Assembly (NCBI RefSeq): GCF_009914755.1
Contig: NC_060925.1
Direction: 5' to 3' (one strand)
DNA: 64,000 nucleotides
From: the human T2T-CHM13v2.0 reference genome, Homo sapiens
Part shown: piece after piece, positions 1 through 18,608 of the stretch
Layout of the letters: each line of letters begins with the position of its first letter
Position numbering within the stretch: the stretch's first letter is position 1
Program-made: the position numbers and the translations under genes
Notes under the pieces: generated by a model
Databases searched by the model: none
Told to the model about the DNA's origin: nothing
What the model saw: the letters and a program-made list of their open reading frames with translations, nothing else

Positions 1-185
1 GTTGGTGCCTCAGCTTCCAGCCTCGGGACTCAAATGCGTCTCAGATACCCTGGGCCCTGCTCCTGCCCAGCCTGGCTTGGTGTTGCTGAGGTCTAAAGAG
101 ATTAGACTTGACACGGGGGTGCTGGGAGAAGGGACAGCTTTAGAAGAGAAGGATGAGCTGTTTCATCTTGCTTCCGTTTCTCCAG

Positions 186-237
186 GTTCATGGATCAACA
201 TCCGGAGATGGATTTTTCCAAGGCTAAATTCAACTAG
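186..237 (+). CDS. NUDC: NUDC last coding exon (C-terminus FMDQHPEMDFSKAKFN*)
   Basis: Polypyrimidine tract and acceptor ttctccAG (AG 184-185), then g TTC ATG GAT CAA CAT CCG GAG ATG GAT TTT TCC AAG GCT AAA TTC AAC TAG, which matches the recalled NudC C-terminus. Upstream exons are outside the window. Confidence 0.93.
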
Positions 238-431
238 CCCCTGTTTTTTCCTCCCTGAACTCTTGGGGCTGAGCTGCAACCACCCAACTTTCTTTCCCAC
301 TCTTCTCTGGGACTTGTGGGCCTCAGGGCTTGGGGCAGGCATGGGACTGGCCCAGGCACACAGGTCCCGGGGCATCAGGAGAAAGGCTGGGTCTTGGGAC
401 CTTGTCCTCCCCAGTTGGCCTACTGTTACAC

Positions 432-437
432 ATTAAA
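432..437 (+). terminator. NUDC: NUDC poly(A) signal ATTAAA
   Basis: ATTAAA about 195 nt after the stop, followed by a GT/T-rich downstream element (cttctgtgtcctctcttg). Confidence 0.7.
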
Positions 438-625
438 ACGATTTGCCCAGCTCCTTCTGTGTCCTCTCTTGCCTCTGGCCTTTCTCTGGGGCACAGGCCT
501 CTTACGGCTGCTGCTGGGAACTGGGAGTTTGGCTTCTAGCCCAGATTCTGCCATGTGACCTAGGGCACATCCTTGCCCCTCTCTGGGCCTCAGTTTCTCA
601 TTACTTAAAGATTAAAACAAGGCTT

Positions 626-920
626 GGCCGGGTGTGATGGTTCATGTCTGTAATCCCAGCACTTTGGGAGGCTGAGGGGAGCAGATCACCTGATGTCAGG
701 AGTTTGAGACCAGCTTGGCCAACATGGAGAAACCCAGTCTCTACTAAAAATACAAAAATTAGCCGGGTGTGGTGGTGCACACCTGTAATCCCAGCTACTC
801 GGGAGGCTGAGGCAGGAGAATCGCTTGAACCCGGGTGGCGGAGGTTGCAGTGAGCCGAGATTGCACTACTTCACTCCAGCATGGGTGACAGAGACTCCAT
901 CTCAAAAAAATAAATAAATA
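626..920 (+). mobile_element. Alu (S-type)
   Basis: Full dimer with flanking aaacaaggctt duplication. Confidence 0.9.
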
Positions 921-1534
921 AAACAAGGCTTTTAGTCTATGTATGTTTCTGAGCAAAGGTTGAGTTTTTCTGGCTACAGAGACCAGAACACATGTCAGAT
1001 TCTCAAAGGGGCGCATGACCCAAAAAAGTTTTAAGACCGCTGGACTTGTTGATCTGATTTTTACTTCCCACTGCAGCGGGTCTGCCCTCTAGCCGTGAAT
1101 CAAGTATTCTTGAAACTAGAGACTATTGTGTCCCAGGGCAGAAGAGCAGCAAGGGCCAAGGTGACACTGCCTGGCTCAGGGGAGGGGTACCAGGAGGACA
1201 GCTCAGGCCTCAGATCTGGTGTGTGTGGTACAGGGACCTTACCAGGAGGACAGAGTAAAGTCCAGTGAGGCTCCATTGTTTGTATCTCAGACCTGGACCT
1301 CTGCAGATTCTAGGCCTTCTCAAAGCCAGCTCCCAGGGCTGAAGAGGTGCTCCCCTTTGCTCAGATCCAGCCCACAGAGCTGACCCCTGCCCCACTTTGG
1401 CTAGAGAGTGGAGGTCAGAATGCTTGGGCCACAGAGGTTATAGCAAGAATGTCTAGGTTGACTTGCTGTGAGTGCTTAGTTCTTTGGCTCCTAAATTTCT
1501 GGAACACAGATGTTTTTTTTAGAATTTGAGAATA

Positions 1535-2140
<606 letters not shown>

Positions 2141-2881
2141 CAGAATAGCTTGTTAAAGATTTCAGAGAGGCTATGCAGTACATAGCTTTGTCTGTTTTCC
2201 AAACTTGCTAAACCTTTTTTTTTTTCCTGGGAATGCAAATAATGGTTTAAAAGGCTAGGTTTGGAAAATGGTGCTCTAGGGCTGAGGCTTGGTTCGTGGT
2301 GTCACTCTACCGCTCTGTACTCCTGTTCTGCCCCGTGGTCATTTTAATCTTTTGGAGGCCTTGACCCGGATGCGACAGCAGAGCCTGGAGTTAGAACTGA
2401 ACCCTATGTTCATAGCCCTGAGAGATCATCCTGTTTCCCTTAGGAAACTGGACAAACAAGTACAATTTGTCTAGTAGTTACTTTCCAAAGGGTGCCTTTC
2501 GGAACAATAAAAAGGGCGGTGGGGGCAGCAGGTCAGATGGGAGCTGGAGTGGGGGGATCCTCAACACTTTCTAGCTTGTTTGTTAATTAAGAATGGGCTG
2601 GTGGGCCTGCCCCGGCCTCTCTGCTGAAAGAGGACCAGTAGATAAGCCTGTGTGTGAGGAGCAGCCAAGTAGGATCCTTCTGAACTCATCTGGGCTCTGC
2701 TACCTAATGAAGGGATTCTGCATCTGCCCCAGCAAGGCCAGAGCCACAGTTACTAACTGCGTGTCCCACTAAGTTCCTTGACCTCACTGTGAGCCCCACG
2801 TTTCCTCTCTGTGAAAGAATAATGTCCTTTCTCCAACGTTATTGGAGAGGCCAAGAAGATACTGGTGAAAACCACAGTGCT

Positions 2882-3190
2882 GGCCAGGCGCGGTGGCTCA
2901 CGCCTCTAATCCCGGCACTTTGGGAGGCCGAGGCGGGCGGATCACCTGAGGTCAGGAGTTCGAGACCAGCCTGACCAACATGGAGAAACCCTGTCTCTAC
3001 TAAAAAATACAAAATTATTTGTGCGTGGTGGCGCATGCCTGTAATCCCAACTGCTCGGGAGGCTAAGTTAGAAGAATCGCTTGAACCCGAGAGGCGGAGG
3101 TTGCAGTGAGCCAAGATTGTGCCATTGCACTCCAGCAGCTTGGGCAACAAGAGCAAAAACTCCATCTCAAAAAAAAAAAAAAAAAAAAAA
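2882..3190 (+). mobile_element. Alu (Sp-like)
   Basis: Full dimer with TSD aaaaccacagtgct. Confidence 0.9.
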
Positions 3191-4124
3191 AAACCACAGT
3201 GCTCTGTTACTACCACAGAGAGAGTGGAAGGGGAGCAGCAGGTCCAAGGCTGGGTAGGGCCAACAAATGATCAAGGCTTTGGGGAAACTGTGGGCTGGGC
3301 AGAAGCAGGCCAGCCTGCAGGCAGTGGACTGGGAGAGCAGAGGCAGTTCGGACAGGCCTCCCTAGAAGAACCTCTCAAACAATGTCAGAAACCATTTATC
3401 CAACCTTTCTCAGGCACAGACTCTGTGCTTGGTTCTTTATCTCCTGGAACTCACAGTGAACCTGAAATGGGGGCAGCATTACTCCCATTTTATCCTTCCT
3501 ACTTTAACTGCAGGGCACTAAGCCAGGCTGGACACATATCCTGTCTCCTGCTCTGGGCAGCAGTTAAGTGAGGCAGATGGGAGAGAAAGGACAGCCAAGA
3601 AAGCAGGCAGATACCAATTACCTTTGTACTTACAAACTGTGGTCATGTTAAGATACAGAACATCAGCCAAGAACCAGAACCAACTCCTTAACATAACATA
3701 GAGTGGGCCCTGCCCACCCCCCAATACAATACATTTAAGATAAGCTTCTTTTAACTGTTGAATTACCCCAGGGAGGGAGAAGTTTGCATGATTGGTTAGG
3801 GTGGCAATAGGGGGATGGAGTCAGGGTTCACTCCCAGAAGGTAATGCCTAACTCCTTACTTTCCATGATCAGGCCACCTGAAGACCATGAGCAGGAAGGA
3901 AGGGGCCCTGGCAGGGATCAGACCAGCTGGGGATGCAAGGAGATGTAGATCCCATGGCCCAGTGAAATGCACATGGTCCAGGAACCCAGTCAGCCAAGGC
4001 AGGAGGAGCCAGAGTGGGCACTGCTTCAGGTCTAAGCCTCTCCCACAGGGGTTCCTGGTCCCCCTCTTCATTCTGTAGGCCATGCTTCTCCCAGAAAGGG
4101 TGTGGCAGCTGGGCCTGGCAGGGG

Positions 4125-4207
4125 TTAGCAGTACACCTGGAGCAAGGGTGCCCCCGACGAGTCTGTGTCGGTGCCCTGGAAGGATGAGTCATGGCTTGCT
4201 GGGTACC
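4125..4207 (-). CDS. KDF1: KDF1 exon 4 coding part (GYPASHDSSFQGTDTDSSGAPLLQVYC*)
   Basis: Acceptor cttcctaccAG; TAA at 4127-4125. 1039+75+83=1197 nt, giving 398 aa, the recalled KDF1 length. Confidence 0.92.
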
Positions 4208-4737
4208 CTGGTAGGAAGGAGAGGAGAGGAGGAAACAGGCTCAGGGGAAGGAGCTCATCCAGATCCCATGACCAGGGAGAAGCCTGCTGAGAAGGAGCAG
4301 AGTGGGACTTGAGCCTGGGTCAGTCTGATCCTGGCTGGATGACCCACTCAGTTTATTGACCTCTCTGAGCCCTAGCCTCCCTTTCTGTAAAAGGATAATG
4401 ATTCCACTCCCAGGGGGTTGTTGTCAAGGGCAAGAAGACCGCAACAGAACCACACGGGTGTCTTTCCAGCACCATGCTGGATGGCTCCCCACCCACTACT
4501 TTCCTAGTCATCTGGGCTTGAAGGTTGGGGTCTGATCACTTTCAGCTTGCCTGTTCTGGGCACCTGCACCCACTTTAAGCCAGCTTGCTAGATGGAGACA
4601 GGTCTGTGGCTGCTTAGGTCCCCGTCCCTTTTTGATGTCATCCTCATCACCCCAAAAGAAAGCTGGGAGAGCAGCAGGTGAGGGGCCCCTAGGGTAGTCC
4701 CCCACCCTCCACACCCCTCATTAGGTCAAGACCACAC

Positions 4738-4812
4738 CTGGAGCTCCATAAGGCCTCAGCTTCCGGGCGATGGCATCTGCAGTCGTCTCCTGGGAGATCT
4801 GCACTGTCAGCT
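4738..4812 (-). CDS. KDF1: KDF1 exon 3 (ELTVQISQETTADAIARKLRPYGAP)
   Basis: Acceptor ctccctAG, donor CCAG|gtgtgg. 75 nt, phase 1 on both sides, in frame with exon 2. Confidence 0.92.
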
Positions 4813-5397
4813 CTAGGGAGGGAACGTGAGGCAAGCAGTGGTCATTAGCACGTTCTTTCAACCCTATTTCCTACTTCTGTTCCCAGCCCGATGAGGGAGG
4901 AGCCACTCACTCCTGGGCAGGGCTAGAAAAATAATGCTTAAAGACAGAGACATAGACAACGTGTGCATGCGCAGAGTGATGGATGAGTGGGAGTTTTGGT
5001 TAGCCCAGAACAGGTCAGAGGCCCAAATTCATGTGGGTCCCTAGGTCCTGTTCACCAGACCAGGCCTAGAAGCTACTCTGGCAGGAGACAGCAGAGGAGA
5101 GGAGCCTTTTGGGTAAACTTGTTGAATGCAGAGGGAACCTTGACCTTTCTGGGGACAGCAGCGATGGCCAGAGAGCTCTCCCAGGGTCTGCATGCTTCTC
5201 TCAGCCTTGCTCGGACCTCACCAGGAAGGGCCAGAGTGGGAGCTGGGGAGAGGGGATGCAAGAGTTGACAGAAAGGAGGAGGAAAGGCAGGGACTGGCTG
5301 AGGGGTAGACCCACAGTGACTAAAGACCCCATTCCAACCCTCCCCTGGCCAGAGCCTCCCCTACTCTGCCCCTCAGCCCCATGGGGCCCCCACCTAC

Positions 5398-6436
5398 CAT
5401 CCTGGCTGAGACCTGAGCCCACCATGGTCTCATGGCCACTGTCAGGGGCAGCAGCGGTTGGGGCAGCAGCCCGAGTTGAACGACCCTCCGAGGTCTGTGG
5501 GCGAGCACGGCTCTTTCGGGTACTAATGCGAATGATGCCGCGTACCAGGCGGCCCTCAGCATCCTGCTCATCCAGGTGGTAGTCCTGCGTGATGCTGCTG
5601 ATAAGGTCCGAGATCTTACTGGTCTTCTCCAGGAACACAGTGTCTGATGTGCACTTGGCCAGCTCATCGATCTGGTGTACGCTGAACAGCTCTGTCAGCT
5701 TCTTGAAGATGAGCACATCAATTTCTCGGCTCGACATGGAGCCACTGCCCATCTCCGGCAGGTCCAGGTCCGACTCATGGAAAGAATAGTACTCCTCGGA
5801 GCCACGAGGACTACTGGCAAAGGTGCTGGGCAGGCTGTGTCGCATGGGTGGGGGATCGGCCAGTGGCTCCTTGCAGCAGGAGTCCGCATCAGGGGCTGGG
5901 GAGGTGGCCCTCGGGTAGGGATACACAGGGATGCCTTTGAGCTTAACATCGGGGTAGCTGAAGCTGCTGCCCATGGTTGACTTGAGCCGCTGGCCATCCC
6001 GCCGGCTGGGGGGTGCACGATCAGGGCTGGGGGGCACTCCATTGTGCTCCTTGGCCCAGTTGGCTTCAGCAGTCCCCTCAGTGGAATCCTCAGTAGACAG
6101 GCAGGGGCTGCATCCCCGCACACAGGCTCCACAGCGCTGGAGGCAATCCCGGCAGCGGCGGAAGCAGAAGGCAGCCCGGCACCACTCCCACACCCAGGGT
6201 CGCCAGAGCAGGCAGCAGGTGGGGGACTCAAGGGCCGGCTCAGCAGAGCCAGAGATGAAGGTAATGCTCTCTGGCCCATGGTGGCCAGGGTCCTTGGGGT
6301 CTGGTCTACGGGTGCGGCGGCTTGGTGGGGGCTGAGGTGGTTTATCATATGTCTCCAGACATAGCTCTGTTGGCCGCTCCCACGGTCCCAAGCGTGGAGG
6401 CCCAGATGCTGGGCGGGGGTGTCCAGGGCGGGGCAT
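5398..6436 (-). CDS. KDF1: KDF1 (keratinocyte differentiation factor 1) coding part of exon 2
   Basis: ORF MPRPGHPRPASGPPRLGPWERP... with a Cys-rich stretch and the EIDVLIFKKLTELFSVHQIDELAK core. Exon acceptor cgcAG before 6468; donor GATG|gtaggt after 5398. 1039 coding nt. Confidence 0.95.
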
Positions 6437-6563
6437 GGCTCATTGCATGGTTTGTAGCAGCCAGGCACCTGCGTGGGGAGAGGCCAGGAAGGAGTCAGGA
6501 TCAGAGGTGAGGGACAAACTCCTGGGCTGACTTGAGCAGCTTCACATTTCTAGTTTCTGAGAG

Positions 6564-6645
6564 GCCTGGGATGTGGATGGACCCAAGTATGCCCAAAAAC
6601 CCTTGCCTGGGATGTGGATGGACCCAAGTATGCCCAAAAACCCTT
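6564..6645. repeat. Perfect 41-bp tandem duplication
   Basis: gcctgggatgtggatggacccaagtatgcccaaaaaccctt at 6564-6604 and 6605-6645. Confidence 0.95.
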
Positions 6646-6738
6646 ATCTCTTGTGGCCCTCCCTCCACAAAGAGAAAGTCTCTGTGGTCTAACCCAGATT
6701 TCAAAATTCCCTGTGACTTAGACCTATTGGGATGGCTA

Positions 6739-7287
<549 letters not shown>

Positions 7288-7309
7288 TTTAAAAATAATC
7301 TCCCTTCTC

Positions 7310-8260
<951 letters not shown>

Positions 8261-8279
8261 GGAATGATGCTTAAATATG

Positions 8280-9212
<933 letters not shown>

Positions 9213-9730
9213 TACTATGGTAACTTTTATAGCTATTTTACAGAAAGATCTCCTGGATCTCACTTTCTGTGAAGTGGTTTCCCCCAGTTTCTTCCTGCTG
9301 TTGGTAAGTTTTTCTTGTTGAGAGCCTCTGTGGCTGCTCAACAAATGCCTTTCCATAAGACTTGCTATGGAACCTGATCATTAATACCTTTTTCCCTCTC
9401 CTGGTCCTTCAAATCAGATATGGGAATTTACAAGGTCTGTCAATATTTCAGTCTTACTCACATTTGCCCTGCTAGCAACATTTAACACCAACCACTGTTG
9501 GTGTCCTTTGATTAGATAAAAAAGCTGAGCCACAAAATATGTCTTCTTTCCCATTCTGACCTGGTTGCTAGGAAGCTCAGAGCTAGGACTTCCTTTACTT
9601 CATAAACACTGAGGCTGGCCCTGTGCTGGGTACCGTAGAACCAAAGATGAATGAATTACAGATCCTGTTCTTGATGATTCACATATGGTTTTGCAGGGAA
9701 AACAGATGCTTAAAAGTTTGTAAGATGAGG

Positions 9731-12488
<2,758 letters not shown>

Positions 12489-13659
12489 AGCTGTTCTAAA
12501 TTCTATGGATAAAGTGATAAAACAGACAAAATCCCTCAACCTCAGGAGTTTACAATCCAGTGAGAGTTGATTATTGATGGCTTACACTGTTCTAAGTACT
12601 TCAGACATAATAACCAATTAATTTTCACAACCCTCTTTGTAATATTATTACCTGTATTATTATACTAAAGCACAGACAGGTTAAATAAGTTGTCCAAAGC
12701 CATACATCTATCTGTACACAATTGGCCTGGCCCCAGACTCTTATCCACTACCCCATCCCATCTATTACTTGGGAGAAAAGAGGCAGTCAAAGCTGCCAGC
12801 TCCATGGACCAGCGTGTGCCCAGAGAGAGCCCATGTTGGGAGCCCTGTCTTCCAGGCTCAAGCCTTCAGGAGAGTGGACAGATCTACAGTTAACCATGCT
12901 GAGCTCGGAAGTACGTGGGGCTCCTGAGGATGGACTGGCTATTGTCTTCTCCCCAACCTCCAAAGCTTTAGGACTCTCTATTATTGATTAAATTAATACA
13001 ACGAGGTGCCCAGCGTTGTGCTAAATGCTGAGAAAACAGCAGTGAATGGGCCAGAGGACTTTCACCTTATTTGACTCTCACAATTGCTCTGAAAATAAGT
13101 AGTATATCTCCATTTCACAGATCAGGAATCTGAAGCTCAGAAAGGTGAAGTGACTGGCCCAGAGACACCTAGCAAGAGAGGGCTGGAGTAAGATTTGCAC
13201 TGTGGCCCGCCAGGCTCTGAAGCCTGCGTACTTTGTGTGTGCCACACATCTCCAGCGGTGGTGGGATGAGAAGAGAAGACCTGGGATAAGGACAATGCCT
13301 GCCTCAGTTCCCCACTTCCCTCCAGCCATTGAACCCTCCTGAAGTCAAACTCAGGCAGTTTCTTCCAGGCTGTATCTCCCCGACCCTGCTGCCACCGCCC
13401 CGCCACCACCCCGCCCAATCCTAGGAACCTGGTCACTTGGTTTAGTGAGGGGAGACTCCCTGTCCCTATTGTGGCTTGAGGCAAGATTCTTAACCTCACT
13501 TTCCTCATCTTTAAATAAGGAGAGACTAGTATCTTCATGCCCCGCCAATCCCGTGAGATTTAAATGAAATATTGAGTGCAGGGGGCTTCCCGCAGTGGCC
13601 TTGCCCATGGGAGGGGCTAGGTCACTAGGCGATCTAAGGCACCGCAAGGATGTTCCCGG

Positions 13660-14670
13660 GGGTCAGAGGGTCCCGGCCCGCCCTCCCTGGATTTCTCGTT
13701 GATGCTTTCCTCTTCCCCCTTAGTCCCGCGAACACACACACACACTCAAGGGTCTATGTACCGTCCCCTCCTCCGAGGGTCCCCAGGACAGGCCCGGCCG
13801 CACCAGCCTCTGCCCCCAGCCCAGTGCCAAGCCTCGGACACCCGGCCGGGGAGGACCACCCCAGTCCTGCTCGAGAAACAGCCGTCGGCTCAGTGCACCC
13901 TCGGCCTCCTGCCCCAAAGGTGCAGCCCGAGAGTCCCATATCCGCGGGCAGCTAGTCCTGGGGACAAGGAAGAACCAGATCCTGGCACTGTCCCCCGGGC
14001 TACCACAGCCCCTACACCAACTCTGCCCTCGGGGCGAGCACTACCCTCTCCAGCTGCAAGGGCCCTACCCCGCGGGCGGACCCAGCCTCCCTCCCGTCCC
14101 GACGCTGTTCCTCGGGGTGAGCACCAGCGTTTGTCCCATCCCGACGCTGCCCCCCGGTGAGTGCGGCCCCCGCACCCAGCCAGTGCAGCCCTAAGGGCGA
14201 ACGCGGCCCCTCACCCCATTCTGCGCGCCCAGCCCGGGCGCCCGCTCAGGCCGCTCCCCAGCCCGGCCCGCGCACCCCGGAAGTAGGAGGGTGGCCCCCG
14301 AGGAACCGGGCCCGGGACCCTCTCCTGTCCGGGCTCAGCTTCGGGGGGCTCCCGACACCGGCGCCGCCCTGGCTTGCGCCCCCCTGGGCCCGCGCCGGGC
14401 TTACCTGTCCCGCCAGGTGAGCCGCCTCCGGCTCAGCCCCTCCCCCGCCCCCTCGCCGCTCACCTGGGGCGCAGGTGAGCGTCTCGCGGGAGCGCTGCAC
14501 GGGCCGCCGCTAGGGACACACTTCCTGCCTCCGCGAAGCGCTACCGCGCACCTGGACCGAGGCCCCGCCCCGGGGCTCTGCAGAGCTGCGCGTCCCCGCT
14601 CGAGTGCTCGGCCCGTTCAGCCTAGTCCGGGTAGGTGAGGTGTGGCGGGGAGGGGTCGAGAGGCGCTGGG
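13660..14670. promoter_or_regulatory. KDF1: KDF1 CpG-island promoter
   Basis: Dense CpG, GC boxes (ccccgccc at about 14443 and 14563), ETS site acttcctg at 14520-14527, several CAGGTG/CACCTG E-boxes, no TATA. Confidence 0.85.
14405..14520 (-). other. KDF1: KDF1 non-coding exon 1 (5' boundary approximate)
   Basis: Consensus donor CAG|gtaag (plus strand cttac|ctg at 14400-14407) inside a CpG island about 8 kb upstream of exon 2. Confidence 0.75.
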
Positions 14671-15286
14671 GCTCAGTCTCCTCTTCTGTTCAACAGGCTG
14701 GTGGTCCTGTCAGTCTCTGAGCACCTGTGGAACTTCTGCCCGGCCGTAAAGCTCCAACTCAAAGGGAAGCTCTCTTCTGGGAAGCTTTCCCTGATCCTGT
14801 CTGTTTTTCTGTTGGTTAGAACAGTCCCTGTACTCAGCACACTGTCGTTTTGTTGTCTTCTGTCTCCTCCTTTAGCCTCCTACCTTGCAGGGTTTGGTCT
14901 TGTTCCCCTGTGTTCCTGGTGCTCAGCACAGGTCCTGGCACATACTAGGTGTTCAACAAATATTTTCCACTGAATGAGGCCCTGGGCCCCAATTTCTCCC
15001 TTTGCCCTGAGGCAGAACTGGGAGCCTGGGCCGCTGATCAGTTTACCTTTTCTTTTGTTCAGAGAAATCTGCAGGTAAAGACAGGAACCTCAGCTCTGAG
15101 GCCCCGAGTAGGGTAGAGGAGGGGGACCGGATATGCAGCTCTGAAAGATACATCCAGGATCAGAAGTGGTGGCCAAAATGGGCCATGGTCACTACATCCA
15201 AAAAAGGTCTCTGCAAGAGGCAACACCATTGAATGTCAATAAGGCAAGGCTCAGACTATTCTGGGTTACTGTTCCCCTTAATATTA

Positions 15287-15701
<415 letters not shown>

Positions 15702-16726
15702 TCAGGTATTATCATATCCATTTTACAGTAAGAGGAAACTGAAGCTTAGAGAGGGGACATTGTTTGCTCAGGCAGTTGGCACAAACTGACTTTTGGCAAG
15801 GCACTTTCCTTCTCTAAACCTAATCTCTGGAGATAGTAGTACCTCTCTTTAACTGGGAGGATTAAAAGAGATCATGGATGCAACAGGAAGATATCACTGG
15901 GATGCATTAGGCATAGGTGTTCAATTTCCACCAGAGACCCTCCATCCCAGCGCCTCCCACCACATCTTGTCCACATTCCCTCCTGAGGAAAGTGCACATT
16001 GTATTCTTATTTGGAGCTCAGAGAATGAGTCACATCCTCACTTCACAGTCACATCTTGTGCAGTTGAACATCTGTGTACTCTAAAACCTAGCAAGTCCAT
16101 TCCTATGGTACAGCCACAGTAAGCTCTTGTGCAATGCACCAGGAGAGAATGTATACAAGAATGTTACTAGAAACATTGTTTGTGGTAGCCCCAAACCGAA
16201 AACACGGAAATGCTACTGACAGGAGATAGAGAAATGTGGGATATTCATGCAAAGGAATTAATTATAGAGCAGTAGAAAATGAATGAAAAATAGCAACATG
16301 GTTGGATCATGGTAATATAATATTGGATTGAAAAAAGGCAAATCTCAGAAGACTACATATGGAATGACATCCTTTATATATGATTCAAAAATAACTAGAA
16401 CTACTGCATCTAAGCATAATATTTGGTTGAACCATATGAATTTGCTGTTATTTGACCTGTTTTGATCTAAAAGTAATGGCAGATTCATGTGCTTCAGCCT
16501 AATTTTTACGTGAAAAAAAACTAAGAAAAGAGCAAGGCGTTGGGTGCAATAGCCTGGGCCTGTAATCCCAGCTACTTGGGAGGCTGAGGCAAGAGAATCT
16601 CTTGAGCCAAGGAGTTCAAGACCAGCCTGGGCAACATAGCAAGACCCTATCTCAAAAAAGAAAAGAAAGAAAAGAGCAAGGGAATGAGAAACACAAAGTT
16701 CAGAATAATGAATACCTGGGGGGCTA

Positions 16727-16873
<147 letters not shown>

Positions 16874-16994
16874 TCATGCATCTGTGGTCCCAGCTACTTG
16901 GGAGGCTGTGGCAGGAGGATTGCTTGAGCCCAGGAGGTCAAGGCTGCAGTGAACCATATTAACACCACTGCCCTGCCCTCCAGCCTGGAACACA

Positions 16995-16995
<1 letters not shown>

Positions 16996-17043
<48 letters not shown>
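16996..17043. repeat. (CA)n microsatellite
   Basis: About 24 uninterrupted CA units. Confidence 0.95.
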
Positions 17044-17047
<4 letters not shown>

Positions 17048-17267
17048 TACCTGGGGGAGGATGCAGGGATCCTCCTATTAAATCTACCTGTGGGAGAGAA
17101 ACCCATAGGTAGATTTAATTTTTAGCAATGTTCTGGTTTTTGTGAATAGTGGATTCAGGGGCTTTCATTTTATAATGAATGAATGAAAAAATAGAAGTTT
17201 ATGCTCTAATGCTAAATAATTAGAGTTAGTGTCACTTGCAAAGTTCTCAAGATACGCAAACACATGA

Positions 17268-17812
<545 letters not shown>

Positions 17813-18434
17813 TAAAAAGAAAAAATTAAGGTATAATTTACCTATAGTAAAATTCACCCTTTTTAGTGTACAGTTTTGTGAGTTTTGAAAAATGCATACA
17901 ATGGCACAACTGCCACAGCAATCAAGATATAGATCAGTTCCATCACCTCCCAGAAATTCCCCTGAACCCCTCTGTGGTCAGTTCCTCCCCTTGACTCCAG
18001 CCCTTAACAACCACTGATCTTTCTTCTGTTTCCATAGTTTTGCTTTTTCCAGAACTTTAGCTGTAGAAGTGCAGAATTGCTCTACAAAATTCTAATTCTG
18101 TGGTACCTAAAATGCTGTAGATTAATAAGAATATGATGACTGAAGCAGCTCAGAGCTACTTTCCTTGCCTAGAAAGAATAAAGGAAGAAAGGAAGGAAGG
18201 AAGGAAGGAAGGAAATAAATAAATATGATCTCTGAACCTCTGGCTACGCTTTCTGGTGAGTGTTTTGTGAAGAGTTTTGCAATAGGCACAAGGTAGCTGT
18301 TATTCTAATTATAGCCACACTGAAACCTCCCCTTTCTCTGCTCGTCTCCCTCCCTCACTCAAAGATACTGGGCCCTGTTCCGAAGGGTCCTTCCCATTGC
18401 CACGGTGCGTATTCAAAAAGTCTGTCAAAAATCA

Positions 18435-18608
<174 letters not shown>

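Noticed and set aside
2-436. 144-aa ORF at the window start
   Set aside because: It runs through the NUDC intron, last exon (wrong frame) and UTR; the real coding part is 186-237.
5201-5397. Extension of the KDF1 exon 2 ORF to 411 aa
   Set aside because: It is readthrough past a good donor at 5398; splicing to exons 3-4 gives the expected 398 aa.
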